The notes: generated from the sequence alone by a model not told the origin. Shown: positions 10,212 through 19,825, numbered from the stretch's first letter. The stretch: 64,000 nt of DNA from Candidatus Competibacteraceae bacterium (GCA_014879445.1 JACSSC010000018.1:64706-128705), one strand, 5' to 3'. Program-made: numbers and translations.

Positions 10212-11120
10212 ATGAAAAATTTAAAACATGATGTTATTAATACAAGCCGACAATCGTCTAGTATTTCAAAACAATCCATATGGATTAATTTTTGGTTTGT
10301 TTCTGCAATTTTTTTATCTATATCAGGAGAGAAAAATATCGACGACTCATTTCAATCAGCAGGATTTTCTGATGGACAGGTTTTCCTTTTGATAATAGCG
10401 GTGTTGTTGTTTATACAACTATGTTTGGATGTCATAGTTTATAACTTTCATCGGAAGATTCTAAAAAAATGGGGCACTCCAGAAGCTGAAGAATATATTA
10501 AAGCAGGCCCATTAAACCAATTTTGGAATAACTTTATGGGGCTAGTCCCAGTTCATCGCGAAAAGGAGTTGGTGATTGAAGGCCATGAAATTGATGGAAT
10601 TGAAGAGCTCGACAACACAATGCCTCCTTGGCTCAAGTGGCTGTTTTATGGCACAATTGTGATCGGATTTATTTATATAATGTATTATATCGTATTGGGA
10701 ATTGGCGACAATCAATATCAGGAATATGATAAAGAAATGGCCGCTGCAGAGCAAATAAAGAATGAAAGATTAAAAAATCAATCAAACCAGATAGATGAAA
10801 ATTCAGTAATATTTCTTACTGCAGATGCCGATTTGAGTGAGGGTAAACAAATTTTTATGGACAACTGCGCCACTTGTCATGGACAACAGGCAGGGGGAGG
10901 AGCAGGCCCAAATTTGACTGATGAATATTGGATTCATGGCGGGGGTATTAACAATGTGTATTCTACAATTAAATATGGCGTAATTGAGAAAGGCATGATT
11001 TCCTGGCAAACCAAACTAACGCCTGTTCAAATTCAAAAAGTGGCCAGCTATGTTTTGTCGCTTAAAGGAAGCAATCCGCCAGGAGGATTGCCACCGGCAG
11101 GAGAAAAATGGGAAGAATAA
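10212..11120 (+). CDS. ccoP: cbb3-type oxidase subunit III CcoP (monoheme)
   Basis: GHEIDGIEELDNTMPPW FixP N-terminal motif, one CATCH heme site, GPNLTD.WIHG. Confidence 0.92.
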   Translation: MKNLKHDVINTSRQSSSISKQSIWINFWFVSAIFLSISGEKNIDDSFQSAGFSDGQVFLLIIAVLLFIQLCLDVIVYNFHRKILKKWGTPEAEEYIKAGPLNQFWNNFMGLVPVHREKELVIEGHEIDGIEELDNTMPPWLKWLFYGTIVIGFIYIMYYIVLGIGDNQYQEYDKEMAAAEQIKNERLKNQSNQIDENSVIFLTADADLSEGKQIFMDNCATCHGQQAGGGAGPNLTDEYWIHGGGINNVYSTIKYGVIEKGMISWQTKLTPVQIQKVASYVLSLKGSNPPGGLPPAGEKWEE

Positions 11121-11141
11121 AATAATTGGGGTTAATGAATA

Positions 11142-12515
11142 ATGCAACATGCTGAAATCCCAATAGAAAGCCCCATTACTAGAAGGTCAAGAATTTTTCC
11201 TAAAAAACCATCGGGGAAATTTCATAGGGCAAGATTAATTGTTGCCTTTTTTCTTTTTAGCGGTTTTTTTCTTATTCCATTTATTAAAATCAATGGGCAT
11301 CCTTTTTTATTGATGAATTTTGTAGAAAGAAAATTTATCATTTTAGGCCAAATCTTTTGGCCACAAGATACTCATCTGCTCATTTTTTTATTGCTCATTT
11401 TCTTTGTTTTTGTTATTCTCTTTACAGTTGTTTTTGGTCGAGTATGGTGTGGGTGGGCTTGCCCCCAAACGCTATTTATGGAAATGATTTTTAGAAAAAT
11501 TGAATACTTAATTGAAGGAAATGCAGGGCAGCAGAGAAAATTATCCGAACAGAAATGGACAAATGAAAAATTTTTCAAAAGAACGATAAAGCACTTGTTG
11601 TTTGTTTTAATTTCACTTACTGTTTCTTTTGTTGTCCTTTCGTATGTAGTAGGTATAGAAAAAACCATTTTATGGTTGTCGATGAAGGCAGCAATGCCAT
11701 CGTTCGCATTGCTTTTTGTATTTGCATTTGCCTTGATTTTTTATTTCGTTTTTTCTGTTCTAAGAGAATATGCATGTACAGTAGTTTGTCCATACGGAAG
11801 ATTACAAGGGGTGCTTGTTAATAAAGACTCTATTGTGGTTGCCTATGACAGATTTAGAGGAGAACCGCGAGGCAAAATTGACAAAAAATCACCCACAAAC
11901 CATGGAGATTGTGTAGATTGTTCGCTTTGTGTACAAGTATGTCCCACAGGAATTGATATAAGAAATGGAACGCAAATGGAATGTGTGCACTGTACCGCTT
12001 GTATTGACGCATGTGATGAAGTAATGGCGAAAATTGGCAAGCCCAAAGGGCTCATTCGGCTCGACTCTATACAAGGGCTTCTGGGCAGAAAAAGATTTCA
12101 ACTCAATGCACGCATGATAGCATATTCATTCGTTCTAATGTTGCTTATGTCTGGGTTTTTTTATTTAATTTTATCTAGAACGGATACCGAAACCACTTTG
12201 GTAAGAGCAATTGGTCAATTATATCAAGAGTTGCCCAATGGCAATATATCAAATCTTTATAGCATTCAAGTGATAAACAAAACCTTTACCCCCATTACCG
12301 TTCAATTTCGAATAAAAAATCATTCAGGGCAAATAACACGGCCTGATAAAATCGACATTTCAGGACAATCCATAGCACAAGACGTATTATTGATTGAAAT
12401 ACCATCAGGAGATATTCGTCAAATGAAAACGCCTTTACAAATAGAAATTATTCAAAACGGAAGGGTAATTGAAACCGTTTCAACCAATTTTCTTGCCCCC
12501 GTTTCCAAACTTTAA
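11142..12515 (+). CDS. ccoG: cytochrome c oxidase accessory protein CcoG
   Basis: GRVWCGWACPQT, CPYGRLQ and two ferredoxin CxxCxxCxxxC motifs. Confidence 0.93.
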   Translation: MQHAEIPIESPITRRSRIFPKKPSGKFHRARLIVAFFLFSGFFLIPFIKINGHPFLLMNFVERKFIILGQIFWPQDTHLLIFLLLIFFVFVILFTVVFGRVWCGWACPQTLFMEMIFRKIEYLIEGNAGQQRKLSEQKWTNEKFFKRTIKHLLFVLISLTVSFVVLSYVVGIEKTILWLSMKAAMPSFALLFVFAFALIFYFVFSVLREYACTVVCPYGRLQGVLVNKDSIVVAYDRFRGEPRGKIDKKSPTNHGDCVDCSLCVQVCPTGIDIRNGTQMECVHCTACIDACDEVMAKIGKPKGLIRLDSIQGLLGRKRFQLNARMIAYSFVLMLLMSGFFYLILSRTDTETTLVRAIGQLYQELPNGNISNLYSIQVINKTFTPITVQFRIKNHSGQITRPDKIDISGQSIAQDVLLIEIPSGDIRQMKTPLQIEIIQNGRVIETVSTNFLAPVSKL

Positions 12516-12558
12516 TCCGTTATATTTGTTATTAAACAATAATCATAAAGATGAAAAG

Positions 12559-12999
12559 ATGAATTGGGGAAAAGGTATCAGCATTGCTATTATTTTATTT
12601 TCCGGTTTTATATTATTTCTTGTTATCACTTGCATGCGTCAAACTGATATTAACCTTGTATCGGAAGATTATTATGAACAGGAAATATCTTATCAGCAGG
12701 TGATTGATAAATTGAATAATGCATCAATGTTACCTCATCAGCCCGATGTCAGAGATGATGCAAGTGGAGTTTGGATAGATTTTTCTAAGTTAAGCAATTA
12801 TCAAAATATTACAGGCAATATGGTTTTTTTCAGGCCATCGGATCCTAAGCTTGATCGCAGCATCTCGATTTCTCTCGATAGTGATGGAAGGCAGCTCATA
12901 CAAAAGCAAAATTTACAGTATGGAAAATGGATTTGTAAACTCAGTTGGCAAAATGGAGGAACTGAATATTATACCGAGCACCCATTAGTAATACAATAG
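12559..12999 (+). CDS. fixH: FixH/CcoH family protein
   Basis: MNWGKGI..., LVSEDYYEQE, FFRPSD; lies inside the cco operon. Confidence 0.85.
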   Translation: MNWGKGISIAIILFSGFILFLVITCMRQTDINLVSEDYYEQEISYQQVIDKLNNASMLPHQPDVRDDASGVWIDFSKLSNYQNITGNMVFFRPSDPKLDRSISISLDSDGRQLIQKQNLQYGKWICKLSWQNGGTEYYTEHPLVIQ

Positions 13000-13689
13000 A
13001 TGGTTTGGATAGCATTAAGCATCGGATTAATGAGTGGCTTTCACTGTGTTGGGATGTGTGGACCTATTGCCTTAGCCGTGCCTGTAATAAAAAGCTCTTT
13101 GCTTTCCGAAACCATGAGTCGGTTATTATATCATGCAGGTCGCATCATTTCTTATATTATGATTGGCTTTACTTTCGGGCTTATCGGAAGTTTGGTTTCG
13201 CTAGGTGGTTTTCAGCAAATTGTATCAATTTCAGCAGGTGTTTTTCTGCTGTTATTTGTCTTACCATCATTACGAATAGAAAAAAAACTTTCCGGATGGG
13301 GGCTTTCCTTTTTCAAGAAACTAAAACAACCAGCTAAGCACTTAATTGTTAAAAGAAACTATGGGGCTATTTTTGTCTTGGGTGTTATTAATGGCATTAT
13401 ACCATGTGGCATGGTATATGTTGCCGCGTCCGGCGCATTGGCATCCGGATCGCTTGTGTCGAGCATGATGTTTATGTTTTTTTTTGGCGTAGGCACTATG
13501 CCGGTTTTATACGCTCTTGCTTCAGGGGTTCACTTATTAAGCATCCCCTTTCGTAAACGAATCAGGCAGTTTATTCCGGTCTGGATAGGTGTTTTGGCTC
13601 TCATTTTTATTCTTCGTGGGCTCAATCTCGACATTCCATATCTCAGCCCACGGATTACTGAGCCAACCGCACAGGAGCATTGTCATTAA
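13000..13689 (+). CDS. DsbD_2 / TauE-SafE-like membrane protein (cbb3-associated)
   Basis: HCVGMCGP and PCGMVY motifs, multiple TM helices, C-terminal HCH. Confidence 0.85.
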   Translation: MVWIALSIGLMSGFHCVGMCGPIALAVPVIKSSLLSETMSRLLYHAGRIISYIMIGFTFGLIGSLVSLGGFQQIVSISAGVFLLLFVLPSLRIEKKLSGWGLSFFKKLKQPAKHLIVKRNYGAIFVLGVINGIIPCGMVYVAASGALASGSLVSSMMFMFFFGVGTMPVLYALASGVHLLSIPFRKRIRQFIPVWIGVLALIFILRGLNLDIPYLSPRITEPTAQEHCH

Positions 13690-13709
13690 AAATGTGCCCC
13701 GATTTATAA

Positions 13710-14696
13710 TCATTGCAGATTAGATAATTTTTGCTTCAACTCATTGATGATCTGTATATCCATGATATCAACACCATTCATTTCTGCCAAAAAATAAGAA
13801 ACCCAGTCGGTAAAATGAATAAGATAAAACACATGTTCAAGCGGATGATCTCCCTCCGACCAAAGATGTGAAACTGACGCGGCCCGTTGGCTTATAATTT
13901 CAGAATTGATGTCAACTCTTGCCTGGTTGCGCGTATAGTCAATGGCTGTGCGAAGAAAGACAACAGATTGTAATGGCTGGTCCATGCTCCACCCAACCAA
14001 TTCGTTATGGTTCATTTCAGGTATTACATGATGAGATGCCAGCATTTTGGCATTTTCGTTAAGTTGTTGTCGAAATCTGACAGCAATGCCTTCGTTTGAG
14101 GAATCGGCATATATAATAGGAAAGGTTTGAAATAGTTGGCGAGCAAGCTTTTCAGATTCCTTAATTATTTTATCAGCGTGATTTGTCAGAAATGCTGGAA
14201 GGGTTTTTAATACTTGCGAATATGAAGATGGCAAACAATTTATTTTTTGTAAAATACAAATTAGTATGGAAAGCGAATATCCCAAACATGCCCGAGGAGG
14301 ATATCCGCCTGGGACGATAAACGCTGGCAATCTATGTTCAATAGCCAATTTTGACAACTTGCCACCACTGGTAATACAAATTACGTTTGCGCCTTTGATT
14401 ATGGCTTGATGAGCAGAGGATAATGTTTCTTCGGTATCTCCAGAATATGATGAAGCAATAAACAAAGTATCAGGTCCAATAAAGGCAGGAATATGATAAT
14501 CTTTACTTATACAAACAGGAACCGAACTGTGTAAGCGAGATAAGTCGGCAGCAATGCTTCCTCCAATCCCCGACCCCCCTAATCCGGAAATAACAATGTT
14601 TTTGATATTGTTAGTGTCAGGCGACCACGAAACCTGAGAGAAGATTTCAAGTCCTTTTTCAATATGTTGGGGCAATCCCTTGATTAATGATTTCAT
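13710..14696 (-). CDS. bifunctional phosphoglucose/phosphomannose isomerase (SIS domain)
   Basis: GLGGSGIGG, SYSGDTEET, QLNENAK, PEMNHNE. Confidence 0.9.
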   Translation of the reverse strand: MKSLIKGLPQHIEKGLEIFSQVSWSPDTNNIKNIVISGLGGSGIGGSIAADLSRLHSSVPVCISKDYHIPAFIGPDTLFIASSYSGDTEETLSSAHQAIIKGANVICITSGGKLSKLAIEHRLPAFIVPGGYPPRACLGYSLSILICILQKINCLPSSYSQVLKTLPAFLTNHADKIIKESEKLARQLFQTFPIIYADSSNEGIAVRFRQQLNENAKMLASHHVIPEMNHNELVGWSMDQPLQSVVFLRTAIDYTRNQARVDINSEIISQRAASVSHLWSEGDHPLEHVFYLIHFTDWVSYFLAEMNGVDIMDIQIINELKQKLSNLQ

Positions 14697-15036
14697 TTAT
14701 ATTATAATTATTTCACAATGGTATTTTGGGCGTTAATAAAATCATCGGCTAAAGGTCGGAATTTTTTTTTTATCATGTAATTCAGTAGGGAGATCTATTT
14801 ATTTAAGAGTAGAATATGGGTTTATGTCTTATTTTTTTATAAATATAGGCACTGATAAAAGGCCTGTAAACAAAGGCCGTTATCCGACAGCAAGCAATTA
14901 CACGCAGTTACGTTCGACTGTAATTGATTATCAACCGACTGGTGAATTTTGGCAGCTACATCTTTGCGGTGCAATTCGATAACGATTTCGGTTGCGATAA
15001 CGAAAATTCATGTTAAACTTTAAAATCGTAACAAGT

Positions 15037-15372
15037 ATGAACAATTTGAAAAACAGCGTACGGCTGATCGGACATGTGGGTATGGACCCTGAAGTAAAAG
15101 TAATCAATGGAGACCGCAAGCTGGCGAAGTTTTCGGTAGCCACATCCGACAATTACAAAAACGCAAAGGGCGAGTGGGAAAAGCAAACCCAGTGGCACAA
15201 CATGATTGCATGGGGCAATACGGCCACTCGTGTTGAAAAAGCCGTAAGCAAAGGATGTGAGGTGGTTATCGAAGGAAAGCTCATGCATCGTAATTATGAA
15301 GATGCACAGGGCGTCAAGCGTTACATCAGCGAAATTCAAGTAACAGAATTGATGGTGATGAAAACCAAGTAG
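15037..15372 (+). CDS. ssb: single-stranded DNA-binding protein, short form without acidic tail
   Basis: NSVRLIGHVGMDPE, FSVAT, TQWH, KG..V.IEGKL OB-fold motifs; ends ...MKTK. Confidence 0.88.
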   Translation: MNNLKNSVRLIGHVGMDPEVKVINGDRKLAKFSVATSDNYKNAKGEWEKQTQWHNMIAWGNTATRVEKAVSKGCEVVIEGKLMHRNYEDAQGVKRYISEIQVTELMVMKTK

Positions 15373-15398
15373 GCGCTGTGTTCAACATGCTGAACAAC

Positions 15399-15431
15399 AA
15401 AAAGGGGCTGTCCATCAGGCAGCCCCTTTTG
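15399..15431. terminator. bidirectional intrinsic terminator between convergent ssb and T9SS cargo genes
   Basis: AAAAGGGGCTGTC-catca-GGCAGCCCCTTTT hairpin with A and T tracts on both sides. Confidence 0.85.
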
Positions 15432-15452
15432 TATTATTGCACAATCTTTTCT

Positions 15453-16232
15453 TCAGTAATCAACCTTATAGAGTTTTTGAATATAAGTTTTACCATTATA
15501 TGCAGTCAAGCTAACCAAATATATGCCTGCCGGCAAATCAGTTATGTCTATCATTGTTTTTTGCGAACCTTCGTTTACTTTGGCTTCTAAATGAATTTTT
15601 CCGCTCATATCCATAACCTGAATGGATTTGCCAAGGATTTCGCCTACAGTAACGACTCCCACTTCATCGCGAGCCGGATTGGGGTAAATCACCATGTCAC
15701 GCACCATCGAAAAACCTGAACTCGAGGATGGGTTTGAAATTTCGTTTGGCTGACTGATGTTTGAATTGAGAGACATTGGAAAAAGCTCGGCATCAAGTTC
15801 GTCGTCTACTTGCTCGCCATTCATATCATCAACGTAGGGATTGATGTATGCTGTGGCTGTAGAGGTATTGCCTGAGGGATTAATATAAACACCGGTAATG
15901 TTGTCAATGCCAACAATTTCGATTTCGTCGAAAATGCTACCGCCATCACCACGTGAGGTTACGACAACATCAACAGAAATAACCGTTCCGTTGGCAGAGA
16001 TTTGGCCAATATGAATCAAGTCGGGATTAGAAGATGTAATTTTAATGTCGTCAAGCACAAAATCACCTGTAGTTGCTAATTCAAGCGTAACAGTATTAAC
16101 ATCAACAGCTGAAGGGCTAATCGTAAAGATTACGGTTGTGCCCCCTTCGCGGCCATCATTTGATGCCTGAGAGAGAAAAGGTGCACAAATTAGTGCAGCT
16201 ATAAACAGTTTGGCGTAGATGATTCTTTTCAT
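15453..16232 (-). CDS. small acidic secreted protein with T9SS type-A C-terminal sorting domain
   Basis: Signal peptide (..FLSQA), one beta-rich domain, acidic Ser-rich linker, IYPNP...LPAGIY...KLYK C-terminal domain. Confidence 0.85.
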   Translation of the reverse strand: MKRIIYAKLFIAALICAPFLSQASNDGREGGTTVIFTISPSAVDVNTVTLELATTGDFVLDDIKITSSNPDLIHIGQISANGTVISVDVVVTSRGDGGSIFDEIEIVGIDNITGVYINPSGNTSTATAYINPYVDDMNGEQVDDELDAELFPMSLNSNISQPNEISNPSSSSGFSMVRDMVIYPNPARDEVGVVTVGEILGKSIQVMDMSGKIHLEAKVNEGSQKTMIDITDLPAGIYLVSLTAYNGKTYIQKLYKVDY

Positions 16233-16464
16233 ATGCAGGAATTTTTTACTAATTTACTAAGCATTCGTAAAGACATTGTAGTACAATAAAACGCAATTAT
16301 CGCCCCAAAAGATACATCATTTATACTCAATTCACACACCAAACATTTGCAACTGACTGTTCAACAGTTAGATAATTTAAATTTTTTATCGTAGATTATA
16401 AAAATCTATCATCAATCTTTATCATTTAAAATACGTATATTGCCATAGCTAACCGATTGAAAAG

Positions 16465-17886
16465 ATGTATAAAAGCAAGCCTATTACTTTACTTAAGTCA
16501 TTTTCTTCAAGCAATTTAAGAGATTTTGAAAAGTTTTTGCACTCACCATATTACAACAAAAACGAGTTACTGATTCAGCTATTTGGGATATTGCGCAAAG
16601 AGCATCCGGCATATGAGGGAAAAAACATTGAAAGAGAAAAAATATATCAACGACTATACAAAGATCAGCCGTTTGAAGAGCCCAAGTTGCGATATTTATT
16701 TTCTGATTTCAGCAAATTGTTGGAGCAATATATTATGTTAAAAGAGTTGGAAAAGAACAAGGTTCAGCAGAACCAGTTATTGCTAACATATTATCGAACG
16801 CATGATATAGAAAAATATTTTTCGCAGGTATTGGATGAAACCAATAAATGGCTTGAACAACAAAACCAACGCGACTCGGATTATTATTTTTACCGCTACC
16901 TTACTGAAGAGTCATTATATTATTATAGTTCAGTGAGGCGCGATAAGAGTTTAGACACCATACTACAAGAAGCGGCTGACAACTTAGATTATTATTATTT
17001 ATCCAAGAAGTTGAAATATTTATGTGAGATGTTCACAAGACAGAACTTTCTTAACTCAGATTATCATACACCCTTATTGAAAGAAGTAACGGAATACGTT
17101 CGGCAGTCACAGATGGATTCATTCCCTGCTATACAGGCGTATTACTACGTATTGCAAACATTGATAGAAGAAGATAATGAGTCGCACTACAATCAATTAT
17201 TGACATATTTAGACCAACACAGACAAACCTTTAGCAGAGACGAATATCGAGATTTATATTTTTTGGCTCAAAACTATTGCACAAAACGAATTAATAAAGG
17301 AGATACTCGCTATTTGAATAAATTCCTTGATTTGTCAAAGATATTACTGGACAAGGAATTGATTTATGAAAACGGATATATTATACCATCCACATTCAAA
17401 AATATAGTAACAGTTGGTTTGCGATTAGAAGAGTTTGATTGGGTGGAAGAATTTTTAATCAAATATAAAGACAGGTTGGCGCCCAAATATCGCGACAACG
17501 CCTATACATATAATCAGGCCTGGTTGAGTTTTTTTAAAGGAGATTACCGAAAAACGCTGCGATTGTTAAGCAATGTAGAGTATATGGATGTGTACTATAT
17601 CTTGGACTCAAAAATTCTGCTATTAAAAACCTATTATGAAACCGAAGATGTGGATGCTTTTTATTCATTAGCCGAATCATTTTATGTTTATTTAAGGCGT
17701 AACGACCTAATTTCGGATTACCAAAAAACAATATCTTTAAACTTTGTAAAATTTGTAAAGCGGTTAATGCGAATCAGGTTGGGAGATGTTAAACAAGCAG
17801 AGTTGTTATTGTCAGAGATAAAAGAAAAACAACATGTTGCCAGCATTTCATGGCTAATCAAGAAAACAGAGCAATTGATTCGTTAA
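16465..17886 (+). CDS. uncharacterised cytoplasmic helical protein; putative wHTH plus TPR-like regulator
   Basis: No signal peptide or TM segment; Y/L/E/K-rich. Residues ~55-90 resemble an OmpR-type winged-helix segment; TPR-like YNQAWLSFFKGDYRKTLRLL near the C-terminus. The CDS is secure, the function is inferred. Confidence 0.55.
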   Translation: MYKSKPITLLKSFSSSNLRDFEKFLHSPYYNKNELLIQLFGILRKEHPAYEGKNIEREKIYQRLYKDQPFEEPKLRYLFSDFSKLLEQYIMLKELEKNKVQQNQLLLTYYRTHDIEKYFSQVLDETNKWLEQQNQRDSDYYFYRYLTEESLYYYSSVRRDKSLDTILQEAADNLDYYYLSKKLKYLCEMFTRQNFLNSDYHTPLLKEVTEYVRQSQMDSFPAIQAYYYVLQTLIEEDNESHYNQLLTYLDQHRQTFSRDEYRDLYFLAQNYCTKRINKGDTRYLNKFLDLSKILLDKELIYENGYIIPSTFKNIVTVGLRLEEFDWVEEFLIKYKDRLAPKYRDNAYTYNQAWLSFFKGDYRKTLRLLSNVEYMDVYYILDSKILLLKTYYETEDVDAFYSLAESFYVYLRRNDLISDYQKTISLNFVKFVKRLMRIRLGDVKQAELLLSEIKEKQHVASISWLIKKTEQLIR

Positions 17887-17944
17887 CATTTTTTTGCAGG
17901 AATCAATAACAGTTCGTAAATTGCAAGTTCAAATTGAAAAATGT

Positions 17945-19825
17945 ATGAAAAAGTTATTACCTATTGTAGTATTTGTATCTCTTTTTGGTGTTGGATTTCA
18001 GCGTGTTGAAGCACAATGCCCAGGATGCACCATTGATTATAGTTGTTTGGTTGCCGGTGGAGGGTTGTGTCCTGATTCATTACCTGCCGGTACACAAGGG
18101 GTGTATTACGATGAAAATGTAACATGTTATTTACCGTCCCAAATTGATGCAGGCCCGTTTTCAGGAGGCGTGTTGGGTATGGTTGATTTAATTTCTGTTA
18201 AGATTAACTCCATAAGTGGATTACCATTTGGGCTGAACTGGCAAAGTAATAAAGCCAACAATACCTATTATCCCAGTTCGGGCGAAAATCATGGCTGTGT
18301 GAAAATTTGCGGTGTGCCATTGGGAGCGCCTGGCGTTTATAATATTATTGTAAATGTTACTGCTATAGTGGATGCGGGAATATTGGGGAATCAGTCAGCA
18401 CAGATAGATTTCGATTTTCAGATGATGATTTTCCCTGGCTCTTCCGGCAACCTTGCATATAACTTTGCACCAACGTCTGCATGCGATTCTGGCACTTTTA
18501 GTTTTACACCTAATTTATCAGCATCACTTCCTCAGGTGATTACTTATGATTGGAATTTTGGAACGTCCACTTATTCAGGGATGAACCCTCCTAATATTGA
18601 TTATTTGGCTCCCGGGTTTTATCCCGTTACTGCAACCGTGAAGTTTTATGACCTCAAGCTTACAGCGCTTTCAGTATCACTTCAACCAGGCATTGACTGT
18701 TGGTTTGCCGGAGATATTGAAGAATTGAATTGTGGTAATGGCAATGTGGATTTTTTCTTTACTTATAATTCCGGATCTTTTAACTTTACCTCCTCAGTTC
18801 AAAATGACAACCCTTCAGCATCATGGACGGGTTTAAATTTAACCATCAACGGAACCGTGTTCTCATTTAATCTTTGGGACGATGACTTGGGGTCTCCCTT
18901 TGGATCTCCTGATGATAATGGAGGTGTATATACGGGCACACTTACCGGGCCAGGCACTTTTCCTTTTTCTACAGTTGCAATAAGTTCTGGAGGAGGTGGC
19001 ACAACCGGTTCTTATACCATTTCGCCGATATTAGCCAGTACTATTGTAGTAACCGATACCATCAAGGTATATGCTACTCCAGCAGCCCCTGATATTGCAT
19101 CATTATCTAATTCTTTTTGTAATGGAGATTCCACATTATTAAGTACAAGCACATCCGGATATATTTATGAATGGTATCGCAATGGTCTGCTCATTCCAAA
19201 TAGCAACTTACAGCAAATTTGGGTAAAGGACACGGGCTCATATTTTGTACGGATTATAGATCCTGTTTCAGCGTGTTATAACAATAGCACGCCTTTGCCC
19301 ATTACCTATTATGCTCATGTACCATATAATTTTGCCATTGTTTATAATGCATCCGCCGGCCAACTGCAATCAAACCTTTCCGGCTCATACTCTTATCAAT
19401 GGATGTTTTATAATGGAAGTAGTTGGTCAAACATTCCGGCTCCTGCCGGCGTGCAGAGCGGCTATACCCCTTCATCAAACGGACAATATATGCTGATAGC
19501 CACCACGCCTAATGGCTGCACAGATACAACACTTGCGTATACATTAACCCTCAGCACTCAACCACTAGAGGAAGACATGCAACTCACATTGTTCCCAGTA
19601 CCAACCGACGATGTTCTAAATATTCAGTTTACACTCGACAGTCCATCAGATGTTTATATTCGTATGTGCGATTTATCAGGTCGGATTATGGTTCAAGAGA
19701 ACATTCCAAATGCTTATGGATGGACACATCACATTATCCCGATGCAGCGTTATGCTTCCGGCACCTATTTGATAGACATTGAATTGCCCAACGGAATTAT
19801 CCGCAAGAAGATAATTCGGCAGTAA
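17945..19825 (+). CDS. T9SS type-A cargo with Ig/PKD-like domains
   Basis: Signal peptide, YDWNFG PKD motif, YEWYRNG and YQW Ig-like motifs, LFPVP...ASGTY...KKIIRQ C-terminal domain. Confidence 0.82.
   Translation: MKKLLPIVVFVSLFGVGFQRVEAQCPGCTIDYSCLVAGGGLCPDSLPAGTQGVYYDENVTCYLPSQIDAGPFSGGVLGMVDLISVKINSISGLPFGLNWQSNKANNTYYPSSGENHGCVKICGVPLGAPGVYNIIVNVTAIVDAGILGNQSAQIDFDFQMMIFPGSSGNLAYNFAPTSACDSGTFSFTPNLSASLPQVITYDWNFGTSTYSGMNPPNIDYLAPGFYPVTATVKFYDLKLTALSVSLQPGIDCWFAGDIEELNCGNGNVDFFFTYNSGSFNFTSSVQNDNPSASWTGLNLTINGTVFSFNLWDDDLGSPFGSPDDNGGVYTGTLTGPGTFPFSTVAISSGGGGTTGSYTISPILASTIVVTDTIKVYATPAAPDIASLSNSFCNGDSTLLSTSTSGYIYEWYRNGLLIPNSNLQQIWVKDTGSYFVRIIDPVSACYNNSTPLPITYYAHVPYNFAIVYNASAGQLQSNLSGSYSYQWMFYNGSSWSNIPAPAGVQSGYTPSSNGQYMLIATTPNGCTDTTLAYTLTLSTQPLEEDMQLTLFPVPTDDVLNIQFTLDSPSDVYIRMCDLSGRIMVQENIPNAYGWTHHIIPMQRYASGTYLIDIELPNGIIRKKIIRQ

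Noticed and set aside
14700-15400. ssb as a marker of a prophage or conjugative element
   Set aside because: No integrase, relaxase, phage gene or att-like repeat is nearby; the flanks are ordinary chromosomal genes.
15378-15590. 70-aa ORF after ssb
   Set aside because: It runs through the terminator hairpin and is antisense to the T9SS cargo gene.
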